From the NCBI GenBank assembly GCA_963764725.1, contig CAVXTM010000018.1:1-64000 (forward strand): a DNA stretch of 64,000 bases. The letters run 5' to 3'. The position numbers were made by a program, and so were the translations under genes. The notes beneath the pieces were generated by a model. It made no database searches, was not told where the DNA came from, and worked only from the letters and a program-made list of their open reading frames with translations. This stretch comes from an uncultured Gammaproteobacteria bacterium. GTDB taxonomy: Bacteria > Pseudomonadota > Gammaproteobacteria > JACCXJ01. Positions 1 through 10,162 of this stretch are shown here, piece by piece (positions within the stretch are counted from its first letter, which is position 1; the number at the start of each line of letters is the position of its first letter).

Positions 1-200
1 CCGATACCGCGATCCGCAACGCCAAGCCCGGCGAGAGGCCCAGCGACGCCGGCGGGCTGTTCCTCCTCGTAACCCCTGCCGGCGGGAAGTGGTGGCACAC
101 CTACCGGAGAGGCGACATATGATGCAGAGTTTTTGCGGACTGGATTGATTCACGCGTGGCGGGCGCCAACGTGGTCCCGCTGCGAGCGTCATCTCAATAA
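1..200 (+). pseudogene. P4-like tyrosine integrase remnant (N-terminal Arm segment fused to the extreme C-terminus)
   Basis: The frame from nt 3 reads DTAIRNAKPGERPSDAGGLFLLVTPAGGKWW (Arm-DNA-binding start of P4-type integrases). It is followed directly, in shifted frames, by HLPERRHMMQSF/ADWIDSRVAGANVVPLRA (typical C-terminal tail). The catalytic core is missing. Confidence 0.8.
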
Positions 201-540
201 AACTACTTTCAACGACCACCCCATCGTCCTCTTACTTTTATCGGCATCGCTGCCGGCTCAAGCTTGGGTGTCTGCGCAATTTTGACAGGATTTTCTGCTG
301 AATCCCAACCGCGTGAGGGAGGTGAAGAGCAAGAACGAACGCAACGTAATTTGGAAGACTGTATCGAGCAGCTTGAACACAACGCCCGGTGGGACTAATA
401 TCAACGCACAGCGTAATGAGGTGAGCACTACAATTGCGCAGGTCCGGTATATCTGCGCCAATTACCCACCCGACGAGCCTCACACGATGAAACTTTGCGC
501 ATGGGCGGAGCAGAAGGATATTTAGGCAACTGAACCGGGA

Positions 541-580
541 CCCCCTTGCTCGGTTGATTTAACAAAGGGGCTTTTTGTTT
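541..580 (+). terminator. Possible intrinsic terminator
   Basis: Imperfect CCCCCTTG...CAAAGGGG stem followed by CTTTTTGTTT; the loop is long. Confidence 0.3.
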
Positions 581-1146
581 CAAGGAGAGAACTATGACGA
601 CTACACGGAAGCACGTAACCGCAGCAATTCAAACACTGATCAAGCTCGCCAAGACTCACGGGCTCGAAGCCGTTGAATCACGTCTACGGTGAGGCCGTAG
701 CCAAGTTAATGGAATGCAAGGAGCGTGACGTGTGGCGAGTTCAGGTAGCCGATGGGCAGCGCGAAATGGTGCTGCTCGAAGCGTACTGAAGACACACTGA
801 AGAGGCGGCGGAAATAGCGAAACGGCGGATTGGCTGCCCCGCCGTCTGCGCTTGAATTAAAGGACTTTGGATATGGATATGAATACTTACGAGTTGTTTC
901 GCAAGGACGTGATTTTCCTCTGCTCATGGGCGTGGCGTTGGACTAAGAGATTGGTTATTTGTATTTTGCTAATTGCGCCTGCGGTCGGCGTATGGGTTCT
1001 GGGCGATTAGAGACCTACCAATTAACTGAGGTCAAGCTGGAACGTGACGCCAAGCTTGCTAGAGGCAATGCCCTGCTGGACCAACTGGAACAGCCGAAAG
1101 CGCCGACTTCCACGGAGCTTTTGAAAAGCAACGCTACCTAAGGTCT

Positions 1147-1461
1147 ATGAGGGCGTGGTTATTTCCACTGCTGATCTTCGCCGTCCAAGGTGCCGCGGCG
1201 GATACCCCATCGGGACGTGTGGTAGCCATTGCTGATGGTGATATCGTGACGGTGTTGGATGAGACGCATGAGAGCCACAAGGTCCGATTATCCGGCATTG
1301 ACGCCCCGGAGAAAGCCCAGTCGTTCGGAAATCGATCTAAGCAAAGCTTATCCGACCTGGCCTATGGTCGTTTCGTGTTGGTCGAGTGGCAAAAGCGGGC
1401 CCTCTTTCGCCTATCCTCTACGGTAAATCTCGGGTTACTTCTATTTATCCGCAGTCGCTGA
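1147..1461 (+). pseudogene. Thermonuclease (SNase-like) family protein, 3'-truncated
   Basis: Signal peptide, then GRVVAIADGDIVTVL...KVRLSGIDAPEKAQSFG. Similarity stops at VEWQKR, before the DRYGR motif. Confidence 0.8.
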
Positions 1462-1599
1462 AACCGAGGGAGAGTGGGAATATTCTTGATCCGTCGTGCG
1501 ATCCTCCGGGTTCTTTGCCATGACACACAAAGTTGTGCTCAAGATACCAAAAAACGTCCCGACTCCCCAAGCAAAGATGAGCCAATACCATGCAACCAT
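1441..1599 (-). CDS. Small single-TM membrane protein (52 aa)
   Basis: AGAGGAG RBS upstream of ATG; hydrophobic MVAWYWLIFAWGVGTFFGILSTTLCVMAK followed by a polar tail. Confidence 0.45.
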   Translation of the reverse strand: MVAWYWLIFAWGVGTFFGILSTTLCVMAKNPEDRTTDQEYSHSPSVSATADK

Positions 1600-2037
1600 A
1601 AGCACAACTCCTCTAACGGAATTACCCGACAATGTTCGGGGCTCGCAGGCACTGCTAACCCGTGATGGGTGTATCGGTTGCCGTGCACTAAAGCTTCATG
1701 TCTCTTCCAGATCGTCGGAAGCTCCTGACGGCAGCGGCCCCGCTGAAAAAAACTACCTTTCAGGAGGATCGCTTATATATGAGTTATGGCATGGCTTTTC
1801 GCGAATGACGATGACGAGTGCGTGGCGTAAAGTAGCACGTAAGAAGCTAGATGGCATTGAAGCGGTATAGTCAACGCTTCTGTAGCGGGTGATATGTTAA
1901 CCGGTATTGCACCCCAGATGGATGGCGCACCGCGGCGACGTTGTCCTTCAAGCTCGCGCCGATCCGTATAGAATAATGGATACCCCAACGTATATGCTCG
2001 GCGTCGCTTGACCGCAGAATCGGATTTGGAGACACAC

Positions 2038-2349
2038 ATGTTAGTCACGTTTCGCAGCAAGGTTTCGGGGGAGATAACGATGTTTGGCGACGTCGCGGTG
2101 ACGCTACTCAAACTCATGGGGCATAGCGGGACCGTCCCGGGCGCCCTGCTCTCGGACCAGATCCCATCGGCTCTAGCGCGCCTAAAAAAAGCCATCGAAA
2201 CGCCCGACGCGAAGGGCCAAGCAGCGGATGGTGACGACGAGGAGACGAAGGCACCACGGGTTAGCCTAGCCAACCGAGCCTACCCGCTAGTGGAAATGTT
2301 AACCGCCGCGGCAACGGAGCAGTGCGACGTAATGTGGGACAAGAACTAA
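2038..2349 (+). CDS. DUF1840 family protein
   Basis: MLVTFRSKVSGEITMFGDVAVTLLKLMGHSGTVPGAL...VSLANRAYPLVEML...CDVMW matches this family; GGAG RBS. Confidence 0.8.
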   Translation: MLVTFRSKVSGEITMFGDVAVTLLKLMGHSGTVPGALLSDQIPSALARLKKAIETPDAKGQAADGDDEETKAPRVSLANRAYPLVEMLTAAATEQCDVMWDKN

Positions 2350-2493
2350 CGGTAGATCCGCGATCGTGCTCTTCGGGGATGCCGGGGCAGGAAGCGCGAT
2401 GCTTGCCCTCGCGGCCGCTGGGGGTAGGCCGCTTGCTTAGTGAATTTGTGCGCCGGATAATAAAGGATGACATCTATCGTGGGAGGGCTCACG

Positions 2494-3534
2494 ATGAGCT
2501 CGGCTAATTTATCTACCAACCCTTTCTCTCATTTGGCTACAATCGGCCACGCGCCGGACAAACCCGATATGCACGTCAGGGAGTTGTCCGAGGGTGATCG
2601 CCATCGTTTGCTAATGCATTTCCTCGCGCTTGACGCAAGCGCCCGGCTGTTGCGTTTTGGTATAGTCTTCCCCGATGAACTGATTTCCACCTATGTGCAA
2701 CAGATGAATTTCGCCCGCGATACCCTGTTCGGCGTCTATGACAATGCGCTCATGCTGGCTGGTGTCGGACATCTCGCCTTTGTGCCGCGCGAAGCCCTGC
2801 CTGCAGTCGCCCGTGCCACCAGCAAAGAGCGCGTCGCGGAGTTTGGTGTATCGGTATCCGCATCGGCGCAAGGCATAGGCATAGGCACCAGGCTTTTCGA
2901 TCGTGCGGCGATACACTGCCGTAACGCTGATGTGGACACCTTGTACATGCACTTCCTGTCGTCCAACCAGAGCATGATGCATATTGCAAAAAAGGCCGGG
3001 ATGGAAGTCCATCACGACCATGGTGAAGCAGAGGCCTATCTGAAGCTGCCACCGGCCGATGCAGCCAGCGCATCGCAGGAAGTCGTAGAGGAACAGGTCG
3101 CCAGCCTTGATTATACCGTAAAGCTCAAAACGCGGTTACTCAGGCTGACTGAAGCGGAGGCTCGGCACCGCGCGCTGGTGGAAACCACTCCAGCCATTAC
3201 CTACATGGCTGATCTGACCGACGAGGTCAAGATGCACTATGTCAGTCCACAGACCGAAAACTTGCTCGGCTTCAGCGCGCAAGAATGGTTGACGGATCCC
3301 GAACGCTGGGTAAAGCAATTGCATCCGAAAGACCGTGATCGTGTCCTGGATGCGTTTAATGATACGTTTCTCTCAGGCATGCCGTTCAAGATGGAATATC
3401 GTCTAGTGACACGTGACGGCACCTCAAGATGGTTTCAAGAATATGGCGTGGTGATTACTGATCCGATTCAAAAGAAGCGGTTTATGTACGGGACCATGGT
3501 AGATATCACCGAGCGCAAGGCGGTCGAGGCGTAG
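2494..3534 (+). CDS. GNAT acetyltransferase fused to a C-terminal PAS/PAC domain
   Basis: GNAT part: HFLALD...RLLRFG, AEFGVSV, QGIGIGTRL, N..MMHIAKKAG. PAS part: YVSPQ..LLGF...LHPKDR...EYRL...DG..RW...DITERK. Alternative start at 2467. Confidence 0.85.
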   Translation: MSSANLSTNPFSHLATIGHAPDKPDMHVRELSEGDRHRLLMHFLALDASARLLRFGIVFPDELISTYVQQMNFARDTLFGVYDNALMLAGVGHLAFVPREALPAVARATSKERVAEFGVSVSASAQGIGIGTRLFDRAAIHCRNADVDTLYMHFLSSNQSMMHIAKKAGMEVHHDHGEAEAYLKLPPADAASASQEVVEEQVASLDYTVKLKTRLLRLTEAEARHRALVETTPAITYMADLTDEVKMHYVSPQTENLLGFSAQEWLTDPERWVKQLHPKDRDRVLDAFNDTFLSGMPFKMEYRLVTRDGTSRWFQEYGVVITDPIQKKRFMYGTMVDITERKAVEA

Positions 3535-3629
3535 CTTCACGCGCTACCGCCTCGCGGCTAGGCCACAACTCTACGTTAACTACGCTCAGGTCATGCAAGG
3601 GAGGTAGAAACCGTGGTCCCAATGCCGCA

Positions 3630-4053
3630 TCAGCGCGTTTCTTCGGCGCCTCCAGGAATCCCGCTGAGCGATCTGGAGGACTCGCGGTACAAGCACCCTA
3701 AGCAACGCTGGAAGGTGTACCAAGCCGGATCACGGACCAGGATACGGGCAGCCTCATCGGCATTACCACCGAGCAGGCTAAACGGCAATGTCACGATATA
3801 GATACCAGCGCCGACCACCGTGGCCGCGATCCCAAGTGGGCCGCGCCACGAGACCGTCGGCGGCCATGTAATCGGCTTTCGCCGATGGATTAGCGTAAGC
3901 GGAGTGGAACCGCCGTCCGTAGGTGTATCGATAGGCACCGCCACCCAGCTCGACCACGTGGTCGGCCCGGGCCACCCGCGCCGTGGGGAAAGGCGCGGCC
4001 GCGCATGCCGCCGCTATGATATAGGGCCATAGACGAGATGAGAATTTCAGCAT
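3630..4053 (-). CDS. Conserved small exported/membrane protein; one-base frameshift at 3838-3840
   Basis: Joining two ORFs gives MAADGLVARP/LGIAATVVGAGIYIVTLPFSLLGGNADEAARILVRDPAWYTFQRCLG, a known small-protein pattern. The extra base is in a homopolymer. Confidence 0.65.
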
Positions 4054-4230
4054 GTCAACCTCCGCAGACAAAACCCGTTCCGTTACACTAGTATAGCGCG
4101 GATGAACCCTCGTGGCGCGCAGGGCCTCTCACTCAAGGATATCCGGCGCAACTGGGCGGCCTTCCGGCAGCGCACGGAACCCGTGCCGGCCTAACGGGAG
4201 GAAGATAAACTGTTAACACCAAAGGCGAGC

Positions 4231-5328
4231 GTGGTAGCGACCGAGCAGGAACCTGCCGCGGCCAGGCATGTGCCGTCGGATCGGCGTCCAGGGCCTGCGG
4301 CAAGCGAGGTTCTGCATGTGGGCTACGTGGGGAGCGAAGGAGCGCAGACGCTGCTACAGGGCCGGTTTCCTCTCGCCCGGATAGAGTTCGGTGATTACCG
4401 GCCGCCTGAAGCGACCGGTCCCTGGCCGCTCGTGCGCCTCAAGCTGCCACAACTCCAAGCGGCCCCACTCGCCGAGGTTTGGACCAGCGGGCTGCCGGTT
4501 CGATACTTCCATCACGATCGTCTTTGGTTCGCCGCCAACAAAGAGATCCTGTTCGGTTATTTTGAGGAGCATGAATCGGCGGAGTCCACGCTCGCGGGGC
4601 TGATCCACGCAGTCTATCGCCGCATCTTGACAAATATTCGCGGTTCAGGATATCCCCACTTGCAACGCATCTGGAACTATCTGCCGGGGATCAATGAGAT
4701 CTCAGACGGCTTGGAGCGGTATCAGCAATTTTGTATTGGGCGGCATCAGGCACTGGTGGAGGAGCGGGTGGAATTCCACCACGGCCTCCCCGCGGCGACG
4801 GCGGTGGGCACCGGGCCGGGACCGGTACAGTTTTATTTCTTGGCCAGCCGGCGGGAGGGTGTTCAGATCGAGAACCCGCGCCAGGTAAACGCCTATCACT
4901 ATCCGCGCCGCTACGGCCCCAAGAGTCCATCCTTCGCACGTGCAAGTTTGCTCTCATCTGAGTCAGGCAAGCGCCTCTTCATCGCCGGGACGGCCAGCAT
5001 TGTCGGCCATACCAGCCGACATGCCGGCAATCCCTATCGACAGACCGTCGAGACCCTGGACAATATCGAAGCGGTGATCGCATCGGCCCTCGTTGCGCAC
5101 CCGGGGTGGCATGGGGGGAGCCTCACGTCCAAAGCGGCGCTCTTGAAGGTGTACGTGCGCCGGCCTGAACACCTTCCGTCCATCGAAAGGGCACTTGCCG
5201 ATCGGCTCGGATTGGTACCGCGCTGCCTGTTCCTGCGAGGCGATCTTTGCCGCGGCGCATTGCTGCTCGAGATTGAGGGAATCGTGAACTTCGCGAACGC
5301 CGAACCCGTGGGGACGGGTGAGCGTTAA
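4231..5328 (+). CDS. FkbO/Hyg5/XanB2-type chorismatase (hydroxybenzoate-forming family)
   Basis: RIWNYLPGIN, ERYQQFCIGR, LPAATAVG, IENPRQVNAYHYP..YGPKSPSFARA, IAGTASIVGH, LKVYVR, DLCR..LLLEIEG. Confidence 0.85.
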   Translation: MVATEQEPAAARHVPSDRRPGPAASEVLHVGYVGSEGAQTLLQGRFPLARIEFGDYRPPEATGPWPLVRLKLPQLQAAPLAEVWTSGLPVRYFHHDRLWFAANKEILFGYFEEHESAESTLAGLIHAVYRRILTNIRGSGYPHLQRIWNYLPGINEISDGLERYQQFCIGRHQALVEERVEFHHGLPAATAVGTGPGPVQFYFLASRREGVQIENPRQVNAYHYPRRYGPKSPSFARASLLSSESGKRLFIAGTASIVGHTSRHAGNPYRQTVETLDNIEAVIASALVAHPGWHGGSLTSKAALLKVYVRRPEHLPSIERALADRLGLVPRCLFLRGDLCRGALLLEIEGIVNFANAEPVGTGER

Positions 5329-5346
5329 CTTTCTGAAGGACCTGAG

Positions 5347-6183
5347 CTAACGCCTTTCAACGTGCCGGCTAAGCCGCTCGACCTCGCGCCCATCGATCTC
5401 CCACCACTCACCCGCTTGCTTATCACGCGGCAGTAGGATGTTGCCATAGCGGATCCGGATCAGACGGCTCACACTCAGCCCCTGCGATTCCCACAAGCGG
5501 CGGACCTCGCGCCTCCGGCCTTCGCGTAGGACGACGTGAAACCAGCGGTTGAATCCCTGACCACCGGCGGCGGTCACCGACGAAAAGCGGGCCCAGCCAT
5601 CATCGAGCTCGATACCCTGCGTGAGGCGCTCGAGTCGCGCCCCATCGACCGCGCCGAGGACCCTGACGGCATATTCACGTTCCAGCGCGAAGGACGGATG
5701 CATCAGGCGGTGCGCCAACGCCCCGTCGTTCGTGAATAGCAGCAGGCCGCTCGAATTGAGATCCAAGCGGCCTATGCTGATCCAACGCCCGGCTTCGGGC
5801 AGGCGCCCGAATACCGTGGGACGGTCCCCGTCCTCGTCGCGGGTGCTGCAGAGGACACCCGCGGGCTTATAGTAGGCGATGACTCGGCGCCGTGGCGGAG
5901 CGCGGCGGGCGGGGGGAACGGTTTGCCCATCAATACGAATCTCGTCGCTTGGGCCGGCGCGGTCGCCCGGTTGGGCGATCCGCCCGTTGATCTGGACACG
6001 CCCCGCGGCAATCCACGTCTCGATGAGGCGCCGCGATCCCAAACCCGCACGCGCGAGCGCCTTTTGCACGCGCTCGGGCGGTGCTTCAGCGGTTGCGCGC
6101 GTGCCGAGGCGCGGGGCCTTCGCGGCAGTTCTTCCTCGGCGCGCTTGCGATTCAATAATACGATCCCGGCCCCTAGCGCTCAA
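5347..6183 (-). CDS. rluB: 23S rRNA pseudouridine synthase B
   Basis: S4 domain (ERVQKALARAGLGSRR), catalytic GRLD, EGRRREVRRLWE; scpAB-rluB synteny. Confidence 0.93.
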   Translation of the reverse strand: MSARGRDRIIESQARRGRTAAKAPRLGTRATAEAPPERVQKALARAGLGSRRLIETWIAAGRVQINGRIAQPGDRAGPSDEIRIDGQTVPPARRAPPRRRVIAYYKPAGVLCSTRDEDGDRPTVFGRLPEAGRWISIGRLDLNSSGLLLFTNDGALAHRLMHPSFALEREYAVRVLGAVDGARLERLTQGIELDDGWARFSSVTAAGGQGFNRWFHVVLREGRRREVRRLWESQGLSVSRLIRIRYGNILLPRDKQAGEWWEIDGREVERLSRHVERR

Positions 6184-6299
6184 TCATTTCACCGTTTCTG
6201 GCTCTAATTCCGCCTCGATTGTGAGTGCCAACTGTGGCTGGTCAGTGCCGGTGGGCTCGCCAAGTAGGGGTAATTCCGAGAGGTGCCTGAGATTGAAGT
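6183..6299. repeat. Duplicate of the last 117 bp of scpB (direct repeat of 10438-10554)
   Basis: Near-identical to 10438-10554 (4 mismatches counted by eye); encodes [19 protein letters not shown]. Confidence 0.95.
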
Positions 6300-6385
6300 C
6301 CATCCTCTCCATTTCTTGGAGGAACAGGGCATTCTTCCCGGATTCCATTGCATACCATCTGTGCTGCGCTTGCCATCCTTGGCTC

Positions 6386-9300
6386 TCATGATCCACAAAG
6401 GAATGGATCGGTCGGACCCAGGGAATTATTAGCTTCGTTTGATTCGCGGACTACCCTTCTCTGATCCACCTGTCCTTGGACACTACAAGATGCTCCCTCG
6501 GGTGGCGATTTGCAGCTGCCAAATCTGCTGTCGTCTGGCGTGTAGGAAAAGCTTGAGTCCTCCCCCGTGTCTTCCCCTGGAGACAGCGGCCCCACCGCTT
6601 TATTTCCTACCCAAAGAGTATCTGTACCGTCTGGTTTGGTTAACAAAACGGTCACATTCGCAGTGGTGTCAAGCGCGCCGGTCGCTCCATTATTTCTTAC
6701 GACGAATAGCACCCGATTCCCATCACACCTATTCTCTAGTACCAGGTCGGGTAGCTGGACTGGAGGAGGCGGGGGAGGTGGAGGTGGAGCAACCCGGCAA
6801 TCGTCAGGTCGGTTAGGTACATCCAAAGGAGGACAGAGCTCGTAGACTCTGACTTCGTTCGCTTCGTTGGCGATAAAGACCTTGCCGTCGGCAACGGTAG
6901 GCGGACCCCACTTCGGTAAGTCCCTGATATCTGTTTGCCAGAGTAGCCTTAGAGTTCCGCTGGCGTCGGGTTCGGCGTCGAAGGCTGCAAGTCGGTAGTT
7001 CACCTTCGGGTGGCCGATTTTCGGGTCTATCTCGGATATGTCACCTTTTTTACCGGGCAGTTTCTGCTCAAGAGTGGCCCAGACCACCCCCGTGCCACGC
7101 AAGACGCCGGCGGAAGATACGGATAGCTGATTCTTCATGTAATAACCAAGATTAGGGTGGGTAGGGTCGCTGGGGTGGATCATGGGCGCGGTAATCCCCC
7201 ACGAGCGGCATGATTCGGGTCGGGCTGGATCGAACTGTTCGCATTCCTTTGCCACCGCGATGGGCTCTTGATCCAGCCTTCCGGAGCTGAAGTGATATCG
7301 ATACGCCTTGAGCACATCCAGCTCCGACTGCTGATACAGGTAGCCATACTCGGGCTCCGGTCCTCGCCAGAACGCGGGGCTACCGTGAAGGTGGGGATAA
7401 CCAATGGGGCCAGGTTTCATCTGCCACTGGGGGTCGTATAAGCTTCTGTATGCCTGAATCGGTGGCTGAACGGGCAGAAATGTGAACTGATCGAGGACAT
7501 AATATATGCCCTCCTTGCCTCCCCCAATGACCCTGCTGCTCCCAGGGACGAGCAAAGGGCCCCCACCGCCCAGATCCAAATCTTGGTCTCGGAGCAGCGA
7601 CTCGTTTTTAGGCGTGAAGGGTTCGGCGGCAAGCTGCAGAGTGTACCCGCGGGGCGCCAGTTTCACGAAGGAGTTGCCAAAGGCGCTCCGGGTCTTGTCC
7701 GCTAAGCCATTGCCGGTCATCACGTAGACCTGGCCGAGCTCGTCGGCGGCCGGACCGCTACCCCCTTGCCAGATGCCGCCTCCGATCGTCAGCTGCTTTT
7801 TTCCGGCGTGTAAGAAACACACTTCGTTTGGCGTGGTGTTAAAGACACCGAGCGGTTCGAAACTCGAGGCGTCGTAACGGAACACCCAACCGTGGAACTC
7901 AGCCTGGAATTCAGCTGACCCAGCGAACGCGACGTACACCGAGCCCTTGCTCAAGAGCAAGGCCGGCCGCTGTCCATGCCACTTGGGACGAAACTCGTTC
8001 AACGCGGAAGCGTCCTGTGTGAACTCTACCACCTTACCATCGGGTGGTGGACAATTCGCGGGATCAGGTTTACCAGCAGCGTTTATTGCACATATCTCGG
8101 AACCACAGGTCTTCGTATACTCCTCCGAGACAGGTGTGCCATCCAGGCTGTGACTCGGCGGCTTGGTCATGGGGTAGGACCCTTCGATTCTTACCGAGCG
8201 CACGATTCTTTCCTGCTGCATGTCCCAGGCGATGAGCCAATAGGCGAGGTCATCGAAGGGTGCAACTGGAGGAACCATGTGTTTCACATTCTGAGTCGCA
8301 TACACGAGATACATCAGCTTCTTGTCGTAATCGATCACCGGCGTGCTGCCTATTCCACGCGGGTTGGGACGGGCAGAGGGGTCTGCAAGATCGCCGAACT
8401 GCTGCGCGCCAAGAAACGTCCCGTCGTCTGCTTCCCAGTAATGGAGATAGTTTCGATCGGTTGCGACGAAGAAGACGTCTTGCAATGTCGGCTCTCGGTC
8501 GAACCGTCCCTTTATCCTTAGGTCGGGCACATAGAGCACCTGCGACTGAACCAACTCGCAGGGGTGCCGGTCTCGGAGTTCTATTTCTGGCCTTCGCCAT
8601 GGCTCCAGAGATGGAAGCGCGTCTTTCTCACAGCCGATGGGACCATTCAGGTTGTTGATGTATTTCAGGTGCATCCCCCGCTTACGGATTTCCTCGGGTG
8701 TCATAACTGTCTCCTGGTCGTTAAGCCCGGTTCGACCATTGTCGTTGTGGTAGGTCAATACCGCGGGTTTGGTCGGCTTCACCGGGTCGGGGATGTTCTT
8801 GAACAGCAGCCTGCGCTGGCCCGAATGGTCGAACCTGCCGATACCGACCAAGCGCTCGGCGCCTTTGATCGGCAATGAGTCGTAAGGGGTAAGATCGATC
8901 GACTTGAAACCGGTTCCGTTTTTAGTCAACAGACCAATGCCCCAATTGCTGGTGATCACGAAGTCTCTCTGCCCTCTGCCGTCTTCCTCGAAATCACCGG
9001 CAAACGGAGCCAGTAGATCGGCTCCGTTGAAGTTCCAGCCTCCGATCCAACGTCCATAAATGTGGTCAGCAAGGACAATGAAGTCCCACGAGTCCGGCTT
9101 CTTTTCGAGGACGGTGATGCCGGCTTCAGTCTGAAAGAGGAGGTCCGCGCCTCCCCTGTTGTTGAAGTCCGTCATCTTGACCAGCCAGTGCAGTGTGCTG
9201 TTCACGGAAGTGCCTGGGAAAGGTTCACCATCTTTGAGGGCGAAATAGAGGTCGAAAGATTCACCCGAAACCCCTGAGCCTTTCTTGTGGAGGATGGCCA

Positions 9301-10162
9301 GCCCCGAGGAGCTGACCAGGACCAACTCTGCTCGCTTGTCGCTAGCCTCGTCGATGTCGCTCGCACCGAGAAACCGGAAACGCCGGTCAGTCGTGTCAAG
9401 CTCCCAGGTCCTGCCATTCGAGTCTTGGAACGTCGTGTGATTCTTATGAATGCTCAGGAGCCTGGGCGCTGCGCTCGAGCCCGTCGGGACCCAGACACCC
9501 ATTCCCCAACGGCTGGCAACGACCAAGCTGTCCGCCTCCCCGTTGAGACGGCCCACCCCGATGATCTTATCCTTCGACCGGACGCGCCATTTATGCCCGC
9601 CCCCCTCGATCTGGGTGTCATAGGGGACCACGGTAACGACCTGAAGCTCGCCTTCGACCTGCTGGTTACGGCGGTAAGTGCGGACGAAAGCGAAGCCCTT
9701 CGTTCCCTTGACCACCATTTGGGCCGGGTTGGAGTCGCTACCGAACCGCCCCACCGCGACCACCTTATCGCCGCGACTCAGTATCCAGTTTTTGCCGATG
9801 TCCGTCCCGAACTGCGTGAGAGCCTTGGCTTCGAGGTTATCGTTGCGATCGTTTCCAATGATCCCGATACCCCAGTTGCTCCGAATGACGAAGTCCGCGA
9901 GCCCATCACCGTCGAAGTCGCCGATCTTTCCAGGCACAACGGTGTCGTTGATGCTAAGGTTCCAGCCGCCGAGCCAGGTTCCTTCGGTCGCACTCTGGAT
10001 CGTTGTCAATGCGCCGGAGGAATCGATGCCGATCGTACCCAAAACAGGCTGGGAAGTTAAAGCCTGGTTGGTTATCGCGGCCGGCTCGGTTTCGGCCGCC
10101 TGGCCATTGAGTGGGCAAACGAAAACGAGCATGCATAAAACCGGGAAGCATCGCCTGAACAT
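6386..10162 (-). CDS. Large secreted multidomain protein: FG-GAP/VCBS-like repeats, PQQ-like beta-propeller, poly-Pro linker, CARDB domain
   Basis: Signal peptide; GDFDGDGLADFV-type repeats; VLTYHNDNGRTG...GGGIWQGG...DLDLGGGG propeller; poly-Pro run; LPDLV...VRESNEANN; GGAGG RBS. Confidence 0.8.
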   Translation of the reverse strand: MFRRCFPVLCMLVFVCPLNGQAAETEPAAITNQALTSQPVLGTIGIDSSGALTTIQSATEGTWLGGWNLSINDTVVPGKIGDFDGDGLADFVIRSNWGIGIIGNDRNDNLEAKALTQFGTDIGKNWILSRGDKVVAVGRFGSDSNPAQMVVKGTKGFAFVRTYRRNQQVEGELQVVTVVPYDTQIEGGGHKWRVRSKDKIIGVGRLNGEADSLVVASRWGMGVWVPTGSSAAPRLLSIHKNHTTFQDSNGRTWELDTTDRRFRFLGASDIDEASDKRAELVLVSSSGLAILHKKGSGVSGESFDLYFALKDGEPFPGTSVNSTLHWLVKMTDFNNRGGADLLFQTEAGITVLEKKPDSWDFIVLADHIYGRWIGGWNFNGADLLAPFAGDFEEDGRGQRDFVITSNWGIGLLTKNGTGFKSIDLTPYDSLPIKGAERLVGIGRFDHSGQRRLLFKNIPDPVKPTKPAVLTYHNDNGRTGLNDQETVMTPEEIRKRGMHLKYINNLNGPIGCEKDALPSLEPWRRPEIELRDRHPCELVQSQVLYVPDLRIKGRFDREPTLQDVFFVATDRNYLHYWEADDGTFLGAQQFGDLADPSARPNPRGIGSTPVIDYDKKLMYLVYATQNVKHMVPPVAPFDDLAYWLIAWDMQQERIVRSVRIEGSYPMTKPPSHSLDGTPVSEEYTKTCGSEICAINAAGKPDPANCPPPDGKVVEFTQDASALNEFRPKWHGQRPALLLSKGSVYVAFAGSAEFQAEFHGWVFRYDASSFEPLGVFNTTPNEVCFLHAGKKQLTIGGGIWQGGSGPAADELGQVYVMTGNGLADKTRSAFGNSFVKLAPRGYTLQLAAEPFTPKNESLLRDQDLDLGGGGPLLVPGSSRVIGGGKEGIYYVLDQFTFLPVQPPIQAYRSLYDPQWQMKPGPIGYPHLHGSPAFWRGPEPEYGYLYQQSELDVLKAYRYHFSSGRLDQEPIAVAKECEQFDPARPESCRSWGITAPMIHPSDPTHPNLGYYMKNQLSVSSAGVLRGTGVVWATLEQKLPGKKGDISEIDPKIGHPKVNYRLAAFDAEPDASGTLRLLWQTDIRDLPKWGPPTVADGKVFIANEANEVRVYELCPPLDVPNRPDDCRVAPPPPPPPPPVQLPDLVLENRCDGNRVLFVVRNNGATGALDTTANVTVLLTKPDGTDTLWVGNKAVGPLSPGEDTGEDSSFSYTPDDSRFGSCKSPPEGASCSVQGQVDQRRVVRESNEANNSLGPTDPFLCGS

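Noticed and set aside
594-1141. Short ORFs (MTTTRKHV..., 959-1141) in the island remnant
   Set aside because: No recognisable family; cannot be distinguished from decayed sequence.
3529-3586. attC-like right arm (CCACAACTCTACGTTAACT) after the GNAT-PAS stop
   Set aside because: No RYYYAAC left core and poor arm pairing; at most a remnant.
6184-6396. 70-aa ORF ending in the ScpB tail
   Set aside because: By-product of the duplication; no convincing RBS/start.
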